Shown here piece by piece: positions 28,284 to 38,239 of a stretch of DNA of 64,000 nucleotides. The position numbers were made by a program, and so were the translations under genes. The stretch's first letter is position 1. The number at the start of each line of letters is the position of its first letter. Where the stretch lies: positions 21,001 through 85,000 of the forward strand of contig CANJLG010000008.1 of NCBI GenBank assembly GCA_947475095.1, read 5' to 3'. The notes beneath the pieces were generated by a model that worked only from the letters and a program-made list of their open reading frames with translations, had not been told where the DNA came from and did no database searches. This DNA is from Flavobacteriales bacterium (GTDB taxonomy: Bacteria; Bacteroidota; Bacteroidia; Flavobacteriales_D; Crocinitomicaceae).

Positions 28284-29573
28284 TTAATATGTTGTATACG
28301 TTACTACTAAACGGGGGGCAAACTTATTGTTTGTGTTTTTGCCATTAAAAACAATTCTTTCGGAAGAATTAATAAAAAACCTCGGCGAAAGGATCAATCC
28401 CGTATTTTCTATGTCTTTATTTATTATGGCTTGCACATATTGCTTAATATCAACCTTGAATTCTTTATTAAATTCATCGAAAGCTCCGAGGACTCCCAAA
28501 TTCGTATATAGATCGGTCGATTCTTTTGTGCGAGTGGCTACAGAAATATTCGTTCCAGGTTTATACCTGTAAAAACTTTGATACTGAACGGGTAAATGAA
28601 GGTCTGCACGGTGAATGAGAAAGTTGTTTTTTAAATTGTCTAAGCCGGGTATTTTTACAATCGCGCGTAAATTAAACGCTTGTGCATAAAACGCATTGCT
28701 TCCAAGTGTGCTGTCTTGAAGCGTTTGCTGAATTACCGTGCCTGAAAAATCCTTGTCAATGTGCGTAAAGTCAGCGCAAGAGCTGTTTAGAAGCAATTCA
28801 AAAGTCTTCTGAACTGTGCCCTGATGAAAATAAACGGTCATTTTTGATGCAGCATCATTTAAATTAAAATAAAATGTCGCGCCATTACCTGCCGCTTGAA
28901 CCCCATTATTTGTTTGAATTTTAATGCCTTTAAAATAGGTGAGAAATGCTTCATTGCTGCCAAACGTTGTGCTCCCACTTGTTGCTTCAGTAATAAGCGT
29001 ACGCGCTAAATTTGTATCTAATGGAATTCTTAATTGGGGACTTAGGCTGTCGCCTCCCACTATTGTTTTATTGATGGGATCCGGAGTAATCGTCCCCATT
29101 CCGAAAGGAACTAAATTTGTTGGCTTTGTGGCTTTTGTAGTAAAGGCATAATAGGTCGAATCAATGTTGAGGTCTTCATTTAGCTCATACACTTCAAATG
29201 TTTGGGGCGTTAGGTCGCCGTAATATCCAACATACTTTAGCGATAAAACAAATGAGTCAATAACAATTGTGGCAGGGTCGCCAAAGTTTGGATTAATTCC
29301 AGCTAAACGAATTTGAGTGTAAATTGAGGCATCAACTTTTCCAAAAACCGGATCGTTGTAGCTCCCCAAAACAACATTAGAAGCATTGTCTGTTACTATA
29401 GAATCTTCTATTATTGAATAAGAAATGATGTCGAAGGTGTCGGTTGTAGTGCCTGATAAATAGGAGTCACTGTTCAATAAATCCTTCCCTAATGCATTTT
29501 CTTTTTTCTTACACGAGGCAATAAATATGGCGCTGATTGCTATTATCAAGCATGAAAAATAGGCTTTTTTCAT
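28284..29573 (-). CDS. DUF4270 family lipoprotein
   Basis: Lipobox IASC followed by KKKE. LGSYNDPVFG and DS..LSL motifs. Conserved Bacteroidota context between glgA-like gene and glmS. Confidence 0.8.
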   Translation of the reverse strand: MKKAYFSCLIIAISAIFIASCKKKENALGKDLLNSDSYLSGTTTDTFDIISYSIIEDSIVTDNASNVVLGSYNDPVFGKVDASIYTQIRLAGINPNFGDPATIVIDSFVLSLKYVGYYGDLTPQTFEVYELNEDLNIDSTYYAFTTKATKPTNLVPFGMGTITPDPINKTIVGGDSLSPQLRIPLDTNLARTLITEATSGSTTFGSNEAFLTYFKGIKIQTNNGVQAAGNGATFYFNLNDAASKMTVYFHQGTVQKTFELLLNSSCADFTHIDKDFSGTVIQQTLQDSTLGSNAFYAQAFNLRAIVKIPGLDNLKNNFLIHRADLHLPVQYQSFYRYKPGTNISVATRTKESTDLYTNLGVLGAFDEFNKEFKVDIKQYVQAIINKDIENTGLILSPRFFINSSERIVFNGKNTNNKFAPRLVVTYTTY

Positions 29574-29590
29574 TGAAATAATGATGAGAA

Positions 29591-30412
29591 TTAAACAAGG
29601 ATAGGTTCATCCACAACCTTGTCAATAAAGACAGAAAGCGCTTTAGCTTGCGCTTCCTCGGACGTAAAGTCAAGTTTGTGCACGTTGGACGCATTGTATA
29701 TTTGCTGAATATCTGGGTGCAGTTCCTCTACGCCAATACTAAGGCCATCACAATGATCTGCAAATACTTTGGTGAGGTTTAAAAAGCTCGTGTCTTTTAC
29801 GCTATCAGCTATCGCAACTGGAAATCCATCTAGTTTCAATTTTTCAGAAAATCGTGGGCTCCAATCATTCGTAAATCGATCGTTGAAAAAATTGTAAACA
29901 ACTTTTGTTGACTTAAAATGTGGGTCTTTGTTGTAAATGTGCTTAATATATAAAGACATTAAACCCGTAAACGAGCCATTGCAATGTATTAGGTCTGGCT
30001 GCCATCCTAATTTTTTTACTGTTTCTAATACGCCCCTGCAGAAAAACATCGCTCGTTCATCGTTATCCTCATAATCTTGATCGTTTTCATCTAATAACGT
30101 CGCCTTTCTTTTAAAATAATCATCGTTATCAATAAAATAAACTTGCATTTTAGCGGCGGAAACCGAGGCTACTTTTATAATTAATGGGTGATCGTGGTCA
30201 TCTATTGACAGGTTAAGTCCAGATAAACGAATTACTTCATGTAACTGGTGTCTCCGTTCATTTATAACACTATATCTTGGAGAAAAAACCCTGATTTCTT
30301 TTCCACTCTCTTGGGTAATTTGAGGAAGGCGACGGGCTTGCGAAGAAACCTCTGACTTGGGTAAAAAGGGGTATATTTCCTGAGAAATAAATAACACTTT
30401 CTTTTTTTCCAT
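29591..30412 (-). CDS. Glycogen/starch synthase N-terminal-domain-only protein
   Basis: VLFISQEIYPF, INERRHQLHEVIRLSG, QVYFIDNDDYF, DNDERAMFF, PDLIHC. Confidence 0.85.
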   Translation of the reverse strand: MEKKKVLFISQEIYPFLPKSEVSSQARRLPQITQESGKEIRVFSPRYSVINERRHQLHEVIRLSGLNLSIDDHDHPLIIKVASVSAAKMQVYFIDNDDYFKRKATLLDENDQDYEDNDERAMFFCRGVLETVKKLGWQPDLIHCNGSFTGLMSLYIKHIYNKDPHFKSTKVVYNFFNDRFTNDWSPRFSEKLKLDGFPVAIADSVKDTSFLNLTKVFADHCDGLSIGVEELHPDIQQIYNASNVHKLDFTSEEAQAKALSVFIDKVVDEPILV

Positions 30413-30504
30413 TTAGCGCTTACTTACTTAATATTAGGTGCAAATTTACAATTAAATATGCGGTTTTCCTAAAAACCTATAGCTTTGTTCTCACTAAAGT
30501 AATA

Positions 30505-31344
30505 ATGCCAGTGCTATTAACAACAATTGATAATTTAGTTTTTACCATTCGTTCACTAAAAGAGCAGGACAATCGGATTGGTTTCGTTCCAACAATGGGG
30601 GCACTTCATCAAGGACATTTATCTTTAATAAAGCAAGGACTTAGTGCTTGTGATGTTGTTGTGGTAAGTATTTTTGTTAATCCATTACAGTTTAATAATT
30701 CCTCGGATTTTAAGTCGTATCCCAATACCCTTGATGCAGACTTAAAACTTCTGGGGTCTTTTCCAAATCTATACGTCTTTGCGCCAACTTTTGATGAGCT
30801 GTTCCATGGACAAGAAAGTGACTTTAAAGTGGAGGTGGGAGAAGTCGCAACATTACTTGAGGGTGCTTGGCGGCCCGGACACTTTGGTGGTGTAATACAA
30901 GTTGTTAATGCGCTTTTTAGATTGGTTGAGCCTGACGCAGCTTTTTTTGGAGAGAAAGATTACCAACAACTCGCTATTATAAAAATAATGGTAAGAAAGC
31001 TCGGATTGCCGATTGAAATAATGGCGTGTCCTACACAGCGCTCACCTGAAGGACTGGCTATGAGTAGTAGAAATATGTTACTTAATACTGAAGAAAAGCA
31101 CCAAGCGCTGATCATTTGGGAAACCTTAAATTATATTAAAAACAAACAGGCTAACTATTCGCCGAAGCAGCTTCAAGAGCTTGGTAAAATATTTTTTAAT
31201 TCCGGTCATTTACGCCTTGAATATTTAGAGATTGTGTGTGTCGATACCCTTCAACCCATTTCAGATTGGGAAACAAAAAGTATTTGTTGCATCGCTGCTT
31301 ATTGCGGAAATACACGATTGATTGATAATTTAGTTCTCAATTAA
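30505..31344 (+). CDS. panC: Pantoate--beta-alanine ligase
   Basis: FVPTMGALHQGH, SIFVNPLQF, RPGHF, FGEKDYQQ, AMSSRN, RLIDN. Confidence 0.97.
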   Translation: MPVLLTTIDNLVFTIRSLKEQDNRIGFVPTMGALHQGHLSLIKQGLSACDVVVVSIFVNPLQFNNSSDFKSYPNTLDADLKLLGSFPNLYVFAPTFDELFHGQESDFKVEVGEVATLLEGAWRPGHFGGVIQVVNALFRLVEPDAAFFGEKDYQQLAIIKIMVRKLGLPIEIMACPTQRSPEGLAMSSRNMLLNTEEKHQALIIWETLNYIKNKQANYSPKQLQELGKIFFNSGHLRLEYLEIVCVDTLQPISDWETKSICCIAAYCGNTRLIDNLVLN

Positions 31345-31381
31345 TTGTTTTGCCTTAATTTTGGCGTAACTAATTATAATC

Positions 31382-31735
31382 ATGCAAATACAAATTTTAA
31401 AATCAAAAATTCATCGTGTTCGCGTAACGCAAGCAGAACTAGATTACATTGGAAGCATCACAATTGATGAAAGGTTAATGATTGCGGCTAATATTATCGA
31501 GGGGGAGCGCGTTCAGATTGTTAATGTAAATAACGGCGAGCGCTTCGAGACATATGTTATTAAGGGTGAGCCGAACAGTGGTAACATTTGTTTAAATGGG
31601 CCTGCAGCTAGGCGGGTTGCCATAAATGATATTATCATTATTCTTGGTTATGGCATTATGGACTTTGAAGAAGCTAAGCTGTTTAAGCCGGCACTCGTTT
31701 TTCCAAATGAAAAAACGAACTTATTAACTTCCTAA
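31382..31735 (+). CDS. panD: Aspartate 1-decarboxylase
   Basis: [28 protein letters not shown]. Confidence 0.97.
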   Translation: MQIQILKSKIHRVRVTQAELDYIGSITIDERLMIAANIIEGERVQIVNVNNGERFETYVIKGEPNSGNICLNGPAARRVAINDIIIILGYGIMDFEEAKLFKPALVFPNEKTNLLTS

Positions 31736-31737
31736 CT

Positions 31738-32247
31738 ATGATAAATCATTGGGAGCTCACTAAGTCAAAAATATTATCCTTAGAAGATGCCCTTGCGCTT
31801 ACGAAAACACTAAAGAATCAAGGTAAAAAAATTGTTTTTACGAATGGTTGTTTCGATGTATTGCATCTTGGCCACGTAAGCTATTTGGCAAAAGCTGCAT
31901 CGCTTGGCGACTGTCTTGTTGTAGCGCTAAATACAGACGCTTCTGTTCGGGCACTAAATAAGGCTCCTAATCGTCCTATTCACGATGAAGATGCAAGGCG
32001 ATTGGTAATTGCTAGCTTATCTTGTGTGGATGGCGTAATTCTTTTTGATGAAAACACGCCGTTAAACGCCATCGAAACGCTTCTTCCAGATGTGTTGGTT
32101 AAAGGGGCTGACTATGACGCAAAGGAAGTAGATAAGAATTCGTCACGATACATCGTTGGATCAGATGTTGTTATCAAAAATGGTGGTGAAATCGCAACAA
32201 TAGAATTTGTTGAAGGCCATTCAACAACCAATATATTAAGAAAGTGA
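31738..32247 (+). CDS. rfaE2: D-glycero-beta-D-manno-heptose 1-phosphate adenylyltransferase-like (RfaE domain II)
   Basis: FTNGCFDVLHLGH, LNTDASV, PDVLVKG.DY, GHSTT. Confidence 0.88.
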   Translation: MINHWELTKSKILSLEDALALTKTLKNQGKKIVFTNGCFDVLHLGHVSYLAKAASLGDCLVVALNTDASVRALNKAPNRPIHDEDARRLVIASLSCVDGVILFDENTPLNAIETLLPDVLVKGADYDAKEVDKNSSRYIVGSDVVIKNGGEIATIEFVEGHSTTNILRK

Positions 32248-32919
32248 TTTGCTTTTGCGGTTCTCGAAAAGGGCAATAATCGGAAAAAGCATACTAAAAT
32301 TATAATATAAATCCTCAAAAGGTATTGTTGTCATCCGCCAACCAATAATGTGTTTTTCTGAATACCAAACAATGGGCTCGGTCGTAAATGCACCCGTGAG
32401 AGCTCCATTAACAATAAAAAATGGCAAAAGGCAAACACAATAAGTGAAGGCGAAATTACCTAGCCATGAGGGCTTCATTGCTAAGGCATATACACAACAA
32501 CAAAAAGTAATTAGACAAGTGGTGAAGGTGTACCAGTTTTTGAAATAGCAAATCGTTAAAACAAGGCTGCTTATGCCTATTAAAATAAAAAACCTAGCCC
32601 CCCAATTTTTAAGTTTTACCTCTGGAAAATAAACTTTTAATACTTGATGAATAAACACACAATTGTAGGGGACAATGAAGAAAAACAATACTTCCTCTAA
32701 AGGTAAATGACCTAAATATATCCCCCATAAATACCTCGGATTGAATCCCCAGATCTTGTTGATGGTAAATGCCTCGTCCCAAACCAAAAAAAATGTTGCT
32801 GTGAATAATAGACCAAGGATAAAAAATTTAATGTTTTTATAAAAGGCTACTTTCTTGTCGAAACTCAATAAAAGAGGGCCTATGAATGCGCCTATAATTA
32901 AATTGCCGTACAAACTCAT
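32236..32919 (-). CDS. Membrane-type lycopene cyclase (fused CrtYc/Yd-like)
   Basis: Two hydrophobic repeats with WD...WGFN..Y...LPLEEVLFF and NG.LT...IVWY...IPFED. Confidence 0.85.
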   Translation of the reverse strand: MSLYGNLIIGAFIGPLLLSFDKKVAFYKNIKFFILGLLFTATFFLVWDEAFTINKIWGFNPRYLWGIYLGHLPLEEVLFFFIVPYNCVFIHQVLKVYFPEVKLKNWGARFFILIGISSLVLTICYFKNWYTFTTCLITFCCCVYALAMKPSWLGNFAFTYCVCLLPFFIVNGALTGAFTTEPIVWYSEKHIIGWRMTTIPFEDLYYNFSMLFPIIALFENRKSKSLS

Positions 32920-33395
32920 TTAGCTTGGCTATTACGACGATACGCTTTTCTCGCTTCTTGGTAAAATTTTGGCGGCACGAGAAGCATTCCAAAACACTCT
33001 CCCTTTTCTTTTCCTGTATTTTTGTGGTGAATTTTATGCGCCTTTCTAATGGCATAAAAATAAGGATGGTCAAGATTTCTTAGCCATTTAACCCGTTGAT
33101 GAATGTAGACATCGTGAATCAAAAAATAAGCTAGTCCATAGGCTGCTATTCCATAACCAATCCAAACGGGTAAATAATTATTTGCCATCATGCCTAGCAT
33201 AATACAAAGCCAAGAAGGAATGGCATAAATAAGAAAGAAAATATCATTTTTTTCCATGAAACCCGGTTCAATTTGATGGTGGTCTTTATGGAAATACCAC
33301 ATTTTACCATGCATCAGAAATTTATGCGTGCACCAAGCCATAAATTCCATAAAGAAAAAGGTCGTTATTAATAAAAGGGGGCCCCACCAATACAT
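32916..33395 (-). CDS. crtZ: Beta-carotene hydroxylase
   Basis: MEFMAW.THKFLMHG, HKDHH, EKND, HDVYIHQR, AHKIHH, CFGML. ATG 33395 overlaps the upstream TAA. Confidence 0.92.
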   Translation of the reverse strand: MYWWGPLLLITTFFFMEFMAWCTHKFLMHGKMWYFHKDHHQIEPGFMEKNDIFFLIYAIPSWLCIMLGMMANNYLPVWIGYGIAAYGLAYFLIHDVYIHQRVKWLRNLDHPYFYAIRKAHKIHHKNTGKEKGECFGMLLVPPKFYQEARKAYRRNSQAK

Positions 33396-34027
33396 TAGAA
33401 CAAATTTAAGCAAATGAAAAATACTGTCATAAATAAAAACAAGGCGATAATCACTTTGTTCGCATCATGTTTTATCTTACTAAAATAAATAATTTGTAAA
33501 AACAGGCCTATAAAAAACCAACAGATGTAATTATAAGCGGGAATAAGCCCTCCCTCCCAGTTCCAAAAACCACTCTTAATCGCTACGGGCTCTAGGATAA
33601 AGTCGAAGAGCAACATTAAAAAAGCAGCGATAATCATTCTTGCTAATTTATTAGCGCTCAATATAGCCGAGCAGTGAGCGGCGCCTATCGTAACAATGGC
33701 CCAATTAATTGCAATAATTACCGGAACGCCTGCCATTTTCACCCCTAAATTGGCTTCATAATGGTAGTTTCCAAATAAGAGTTTAGTATTCACGCCAATT
33801 AGCTCTGCTATAAACCCAACGAGTCCGGAAAAAAGCAGGAAGGTAAATGTTGGTTTTATAGGTGTTCTTAGGGTAAAAAGAATGGCGCAAAAAGAAAGAA
33901 TAAGGATAAGGGGAGTAAGTGATAAAAAGAGTGTTCTATATGCCGGCATAATACTCCCAAAAAACCCTACAAGGTAAATAATCCCAAAAAAACCAATAAC
34001 TAACTTTTCTTTCTTTTTTGAATTCAT
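33395..34027 (-). CDS. cruF: Carotenoid biosynthesis membrane protein, CruF-like 1',2'-hydratase (DUF422)
   Basis: ELIGVNT..LFGNYHY...LG...GVP....NW, D..LEPVA, W.W....P..NY..WF. ATG 34027 preferred. Confidence 0.8.
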   Translation of the reverse strand: MNSKKKEKLVIGFFGIIYLVGFFGSIMPAYRTLFLSLTPLILILSFCAILFTLRTPIKPTFTFLLFSGLVGFIAELIGVNTKLLFGNYHYEANLGVKMAGVPVIIAINWAIVTIGAAHCSAILSANKLARMIIAAFLMLLFDFILEPVAIKSGFWNWEGGLIPAYNYICWFFIGLFLQIIYFSKIKHDANKVIIALFLFMTVFFICLNLF

Positions 34028-34034
34028 TGTTTCC

Positions 34035-35036
34035 TTAAATAATTCTTCCTTTAATGGCGTGTAACAATGTGTCATTAAGGGGGGTAAATGGAATGGCTGT
34101 TGTCGTACTAATCAAACGACTATCATACCGTATCGTTTTATACGCCGAATAAACTGATTCAATGGTCAAACCCCTTCTTTTTCGCAAAAACAAATAAAAA
34201 ACTTCGGAAAATGCTGCAAAAATGAGCGATATTAAACGCGGTGTTTTCATTCTTGGTGGGCGCTTATTAAAACAACTAGCTATGGCGCCTAGCAGTTCGA
34301 GAAAGCTAACGTTTTGTCCTGTACAAAGAAACTTTTTATTAGTAATGGTGGAATTCATTAAGTAAATCATGTTGGAAACAAGGTCTCTTACATCCACAAT
34401 AGCATTTGATCCCTTTGGATAAAAAAAGATGCCTTTGGATGCCGTTTTAAAAATAGACAAGGAGCTGTCGTTCCAATTTCCTGGACCTAAAATTAAACAA
34501 GGATTAACAATTACCACTGGTAGGCCCTCTTCCGCCCCACGCCACACTTCTTTTTCAGCACTGTATTTTGAGATGGAGTAACCTGAAACTTCTTTTCCTG
34601 GTTTCCATTTAGTGGTTTCGTCTGTGGTTCCGTTTGGATTAAACCCGAGAGCAGCCGTGGAACTTACATAGCAGAGCTTTTTCACTTTATTTAAAAGACA
34701 TAAATTGACAATGTTAGCAGTCCCTTGGCGGTTTGCGCTCATACATGCATGAAAGTCTATTTTGTGAAAGGACACAAGTGCTGCACAGTGATAGACATAC
34801 GAAATCCCATCGAATAACTCGTTCAAGTCGGATAGTGAAAGTATATCGGCACGAACCCACTGAATTTTGTTAAAATATTCTTGTGCCTTTGTGTTAAAAT
34901 AAAACTCAAAAAGTTTTTTTGTTTCTTGCTGTTTAAATTCTGAACGAAAACTAGCTCGCACGCTTTCATGGTGTTGTGTTAGTTCACACAACAAATGCCC
35001 ACCTACCAAACCTGTTGCACCAGTTACTAAAATCAT
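34035..35036 (-). CDS. NAD-dependent epimerase/dehydratase (extended SDR)
   Basis: MILVTGATGLVG, HCAA, YVSSTAA, YSISK. Start 35036 forms an ATGA overlap with hemL. Confidence 0.88.
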   Translation of the reverse strand: MILVTGATGLVGGHLLCELTQHHESVRASFRSEFKQQETKKLFEFYFNTKAQEYFNKIQWVRADILSLSDLNELFDGISYVYHCAALVSFHKIDFHACMSANRQGTANIVNLCLLNKVKKLCYVSSTAALGFNPNGTTDETTKWKPGKEVSGYSISKYSAEKEVWRGAEEGLPVVIVNPCLILGPGNWNDSSLSIFKTASKGIFFYPKGSNAIVDVRDLVSNMIYLMNSTITNKKFLCTGQNVSFLELLGAIASCFNKRPPRMKTPRLISLIFAAFSEVFYLFLRKRRGLTIESVYSAYKTIRYDSRLISTTTAIPFTPLNDTLLHAIKGRII

Positions 35037-36337
35037 TTCACGGTAAATATAGCATCTAAAGCGTCGCAAAACCCAATTACTGATGCGTCTAAAATAACCT
35101 CGCTGTGGGCTTGTGATATAAACCCCACTTCGTAACCACTCGGACCAATATAAATACCTCTATTAAGTAATTCGGCGTGCAACAAATTGAAGTTACTCAT
35201 ATCTGGATTAATTTGGTCGGCTGAGGCAATGCGCTTGTTCTCTTCAAATGACAACCAAAAAATAGATCCTATACTCACTAATTTAAATGGATAAGATGAA
35301 TCGCTAGCGTGTTTATTTATTGCCTGAACAAAACCCAAGGTTTTGACTGATAGTTCTTCATAAAATCCGGAACGTAGGCAATTGCTTAATTGAGCAATCC
35401 CCGCTGCCATAGCAACCGGATTGCCAGAAAGTGTTCCAGCTTGGTAAACGGGGCCTTCAGGAGATACGTTCGACATCAACTCATTGCTCGCGCCATAAGC
35501 GCCTACGGGTAGTCCTCCTCCCATAATTTTGCCATAAGTTACAATATCAGGAATAATGTCATAAAAAGCCGCTGCTCCGCCGAAAGCAACTCTAAACCCC
35601 GATATAACCTCATCGAAAATTAAAAGTATGTTTAGTTTCGTACACAGCGCTCGAAGGGAAAGAAGAAATGTTTTATCTTGTAGTAGCAAGCCATTATTGG
35701 CCGGAATTGGTTCAATAATTACCGCAGCTATTTCATGAGCTTGGGCATGTAGAATCTCGCTTAATTTAGATAAGTCGTTTAGTGGAAGTACGATGGTTTC
35801 ATTAGCCAAAGACTCCGGAACGCCCGCGCTGGATGATGTTCCTAACGTTACAAGACCGCTTCCCGCCTTTACCATTAAAGAGTCAACATGACCATGGTAA
35901 CAGCCTTCGAATTTCACCAATTTAGTTTTTCCGGAGGCCCCTCTCGCTAATCGTATAGCGGACATAACTGCTTCTGTCCCCGATGATACAAACCTTAATT
36001 TGTCTATGAATGGAATATTACTTAGAATGAGTGCTGCTAATTCATTTTCTTTTTTTGTTGGCGCTCCAAAACTTGCCCCATTAGCCAAAGCAGCGACGGT
36101 CCCCTCGAAAATGTCCGGGTGATTGTGTCCCAAAATCAAAGGTCCCCAACTGCAACAAAAATCAGTGTATTTATTTCCATCTTCATCCCAAAGATAGGCT
36201 CCGTCTCCTTTCTGTATAAAAAGTGGCGTCCCTCCTACTGACCTAAATGCCCGCACCGGTGAATTTACGCCTCCTGGAAAATAGGTTTTTGCTTTTTCAA
36301 ACAACTGTTTAGATATAGACCTGTTAAGTTCGCTCAT
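35033..36337 (-). CDS. hemL: Glutamate-1-semialdehyde 2,1-aminomutase
   Basis: PGGVNSPVRAF, SWGPLILGH, SGTEA, FEGCYHG, FDEV, GKIMGGG.P, QAGTLSGNP. Confidence 0.97.
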   Translation of the reverse strand: MSELNRSISKQLFEKAKTYFPGGVNSPVRAFRSVGGTPLFIQKGDGAYLWDEDGNKYTDFCCSWGPLILGHNHPDIFEGTVAALANGASFGAPTKKENELAALILSNIPFIDKLRFVSSGTEAVMSAIRLARGASGKTKLVKFEGCYHGHVDSLMVKAGSGLVTLGTSSSAGVPESLANETIVLPLNDLSKLSEILHAQAHEIAAVIIEPIPANNGLLLQDKTFLLSLRALCTKLNILLIFDEVISGFRVAFGGAAAFYDIIPDIVTYGKIMGGGLPVGAYGASNELMSNVSPEGPVYQAGTLSGNPVAMAAGIAQLSNCLRSGFYEELSVKTLGFVQAINKHASDSSYPFKLVSIGSIFWLSFEENKRIASADQINPDMSNFNLLHAELLNRGIYIGPSGYEVGFISQAHSEVILDASVIGFCDALDAIFTVK

Positions 36338-36386
36338 TTTCTTGTTTATCTTTGTGGTTTACAAAAATAACAAATTTCAACGGCTT

Positions 36387-37661
36387 ATGTTTTTAGATTT
36401 AACGCTTGAGTTTGCAAAATCTCTTGATCAAAATGACCCACTAAAGTCCTTTAGGCAAGATTTTCTTTTCCCCACATTTCATGAAAAAGAAGTGCGCTAC
36501 TTTACTGGAAACTCCCTTGGGCTGCAGCCTAAAAATGCAAGAAAATATATCCTTGAAGAGCTTGATGATTGGGAAAAGTTTGGGGTTGAGGGCCATTTTA
36601 TGTCCCGTAGACCTTGGTACTCTTACCATGAAAACCTGACGGATATGATGGCAAAAATTGTTGGGGCTAAACCTCTTGAAGTCGTGGTAACGCATTCATT
36701 AACAACAAACCTACACTTGCTGTTAGTTTCTTTTTTTGAGCCAAAAGGGAAAAGGACAAAAATCCTATGCGAGGCTAAAGCCTTTCCAAGCGATCAATAT
36801 GCGCTTTCCTCCCAAATTGATTTTCATGGACTTAATGCTGAAAATTTAGTTGAAATTGGGCCACGAGAAGGGGAACATACTATCAGAGAAGAAGATATTA
36901 TCGATAAAATAAATCAATTAGGGGATGAATTAGCCTTAGTGATGATTGGAGGGGTTAATTATTACACTGGACAGCTGTTCGACATGGAGGCAATTTGTGC
37001 TGCTGGGCACGCTGTGGGGGCGAAAGTTGGTTTTGACTTGGCTCATGCTGCAGGTAATGTTTCGCTAAGTCTTCACGATTGGGGGGTGGATTTTGCGGCG
37101 TGGTGTGGATATAAATACCTTAATTCGTCGCCTGGAGGGGTTTCTGGTTTTTTTGTTCATGAAAGACATGCTAATAATAATGCATTGCCAAGATTTGCTG
37201 GTTGGTGGGGACACAATAAAGAAAATCGATTTGAAATGAAGCCGGGATTCCAACCAATTTCCGGTGCTGAAGGCTGGCAACTGAGCAATGCCCCTATATT
37301 GGGAATGGCTGCTCAACTTGCTTCAATCGAGGTTTTTGAGCGTGCAGGAATGGATAGAATTTCAGAAAAAAGAACGCTCCTAACCAGCTATTTAGAATGT
37401 GTCATTTTAAATGTTTCTGAAAAAAGCAAAGCCCTTTGTTCATTTGAAATAATTACCCCAAAAGACCCTAAAAGAAGGGGGTCTCAATTGTCTATTCTAT
37501 TACATGGAAAGGGAAAAGAAGTGTATGATGCGTTGACAAATAGAGGTGTGATTGCCGACTGGCGAGAACCGAACGTTATTCGTGTTGCTCCGGCTCCCTT
37601 GTACAATAGTTTTGAAGATTGTTATTGGTTTGGTCAGCACCTCGAAGCGGCTATTCAATAA
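36387..37661 (+). CDS. kynU: Kynureninase
   Basis: GNSLGLQP, AFPSDQY, FDLAHAAGN, WCGYKYLN, GWWGH, DWREP..IRVAP.PLYN. ATG 36387 lies downstream of TATCTTTG. Confidence 0.95.
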   Translation: MFLDLTLEFAKSLDQNDPLKSFRQDFLFPTFHEKEVRYFTGNSLGLQPKNARKYILEELDDWEKFGVEGHFMSRRPWYSYHENLTDMMAKIVGAKPLEVVVTHSLTTNLHLLLVSFFEPKGKRTKILCEAKAFPSDQYALSSQIDFHGLNAENLVEIGPREGEHTIREEDIIDKINQLGDELALVMIGGVNYYTGQLFDMEAICAAGHAVGAKVGFDLAHAAGNVSLSLHDWGVDFAAWCGYKYLNSSPGGVSGFFVHERHANNNALPRFAGWWGHNKENRFEMKPGFQPISGAEGWQLSNAPILGMAAQLASIEVFERAGMDRISEKRTLLTSYLECVILNVSEKSKALCSFEIITPKDPKRRGSQLSILLHGKGKEVYDALTNRGVIADWREPNVIRVAPAPLYNSFEDCYWFGQHLEAAIQ

Positions 37662-38239
37662 GATCCTTCGTTAGACACAATCATTGAAATTGCTTCAGGG
37701 AAATAACACATTTCAAGGTCGTGTATTTTTTGTTCTAAAGACAAAACAGTTTCGTTTTTTTCTACTTCGCAAGTATACTGTATGAGAATTTTACCTTGGT
37801 CAAAAACCTCATTAACAAGGTGAATGGTAATGCCTGATGTAAGCGATTTAGCCTCTAAAACTGCGGTATGAACATGTTTTCCGTACATGCCCTTTCCTCC
37901 AAAATCTGGCAATAATGCGGGATGTATGTTGATTATTTTATAGGACATGTGATCTATTAATTCCGGAGTGATTTTTTTTAAATACCCTGCTAAAATTACC
38001 CAATCAATATTTTGGTTGGTACAAAGTTCCATTTGCTGAATAGAGAGGTCGGTTTGGGTTTGAGAGATGAAAAAGTCGATTCCTTTTTTTAAACAAAATT
38101 CCGCCATGCTGGGGTTTTCCCTGGTGGAAAACACAAACTTGACACTAATTTTTTCAGAACCGCTGAAATAATTAATGATGTTTTTGGCATTTGAGCCCCT
38201 GCCTGAAATAAAAATTGCTATGTTCTTTCTTGTTTTCAC
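37655..38239 (-). CDS. purN: Phosphoribosylglycinamide formyltransferase
   Basis: SGRGSN, LAGY, NIHPALLP.FGGKGMYG, SGITIH.V...D.G. Confidence 0.95.
   Translation of the reverse strand: MKTRKNIAIFISGRGSNAKNIINYFSGSEKISVKFVFSTRENPSMAEFCLKKGIDFFISQTQTDLSIQQMELCTNQNIDWVILAGYLKKITPELIDHMSYKIINIHPALLPDFGGKGMYGKHVHTAVLEAKSLTSGITIHLVNEVFDQGKILIQYTCEVEKNETVLSLEQKIHDLEMCYFPEAISMIVSNEGSY

Noticed and set aside
29591..30412. glgA pseudogene
   Set aside because: Clean ORF with a promoter element (TAAATTTG 30441-30448) in a conserved operon. The short form is a known Bacteroidota family, and no downstream remnant of a C-terminal half is visible.
31738..32247. rfaE2 as an alternative CoA-pathway adenylyltransferase because it follows panC-panD
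   Set aside because: The sequence has typical RfaE domain II motifs, and adjacency alone is not enough to reassign function.
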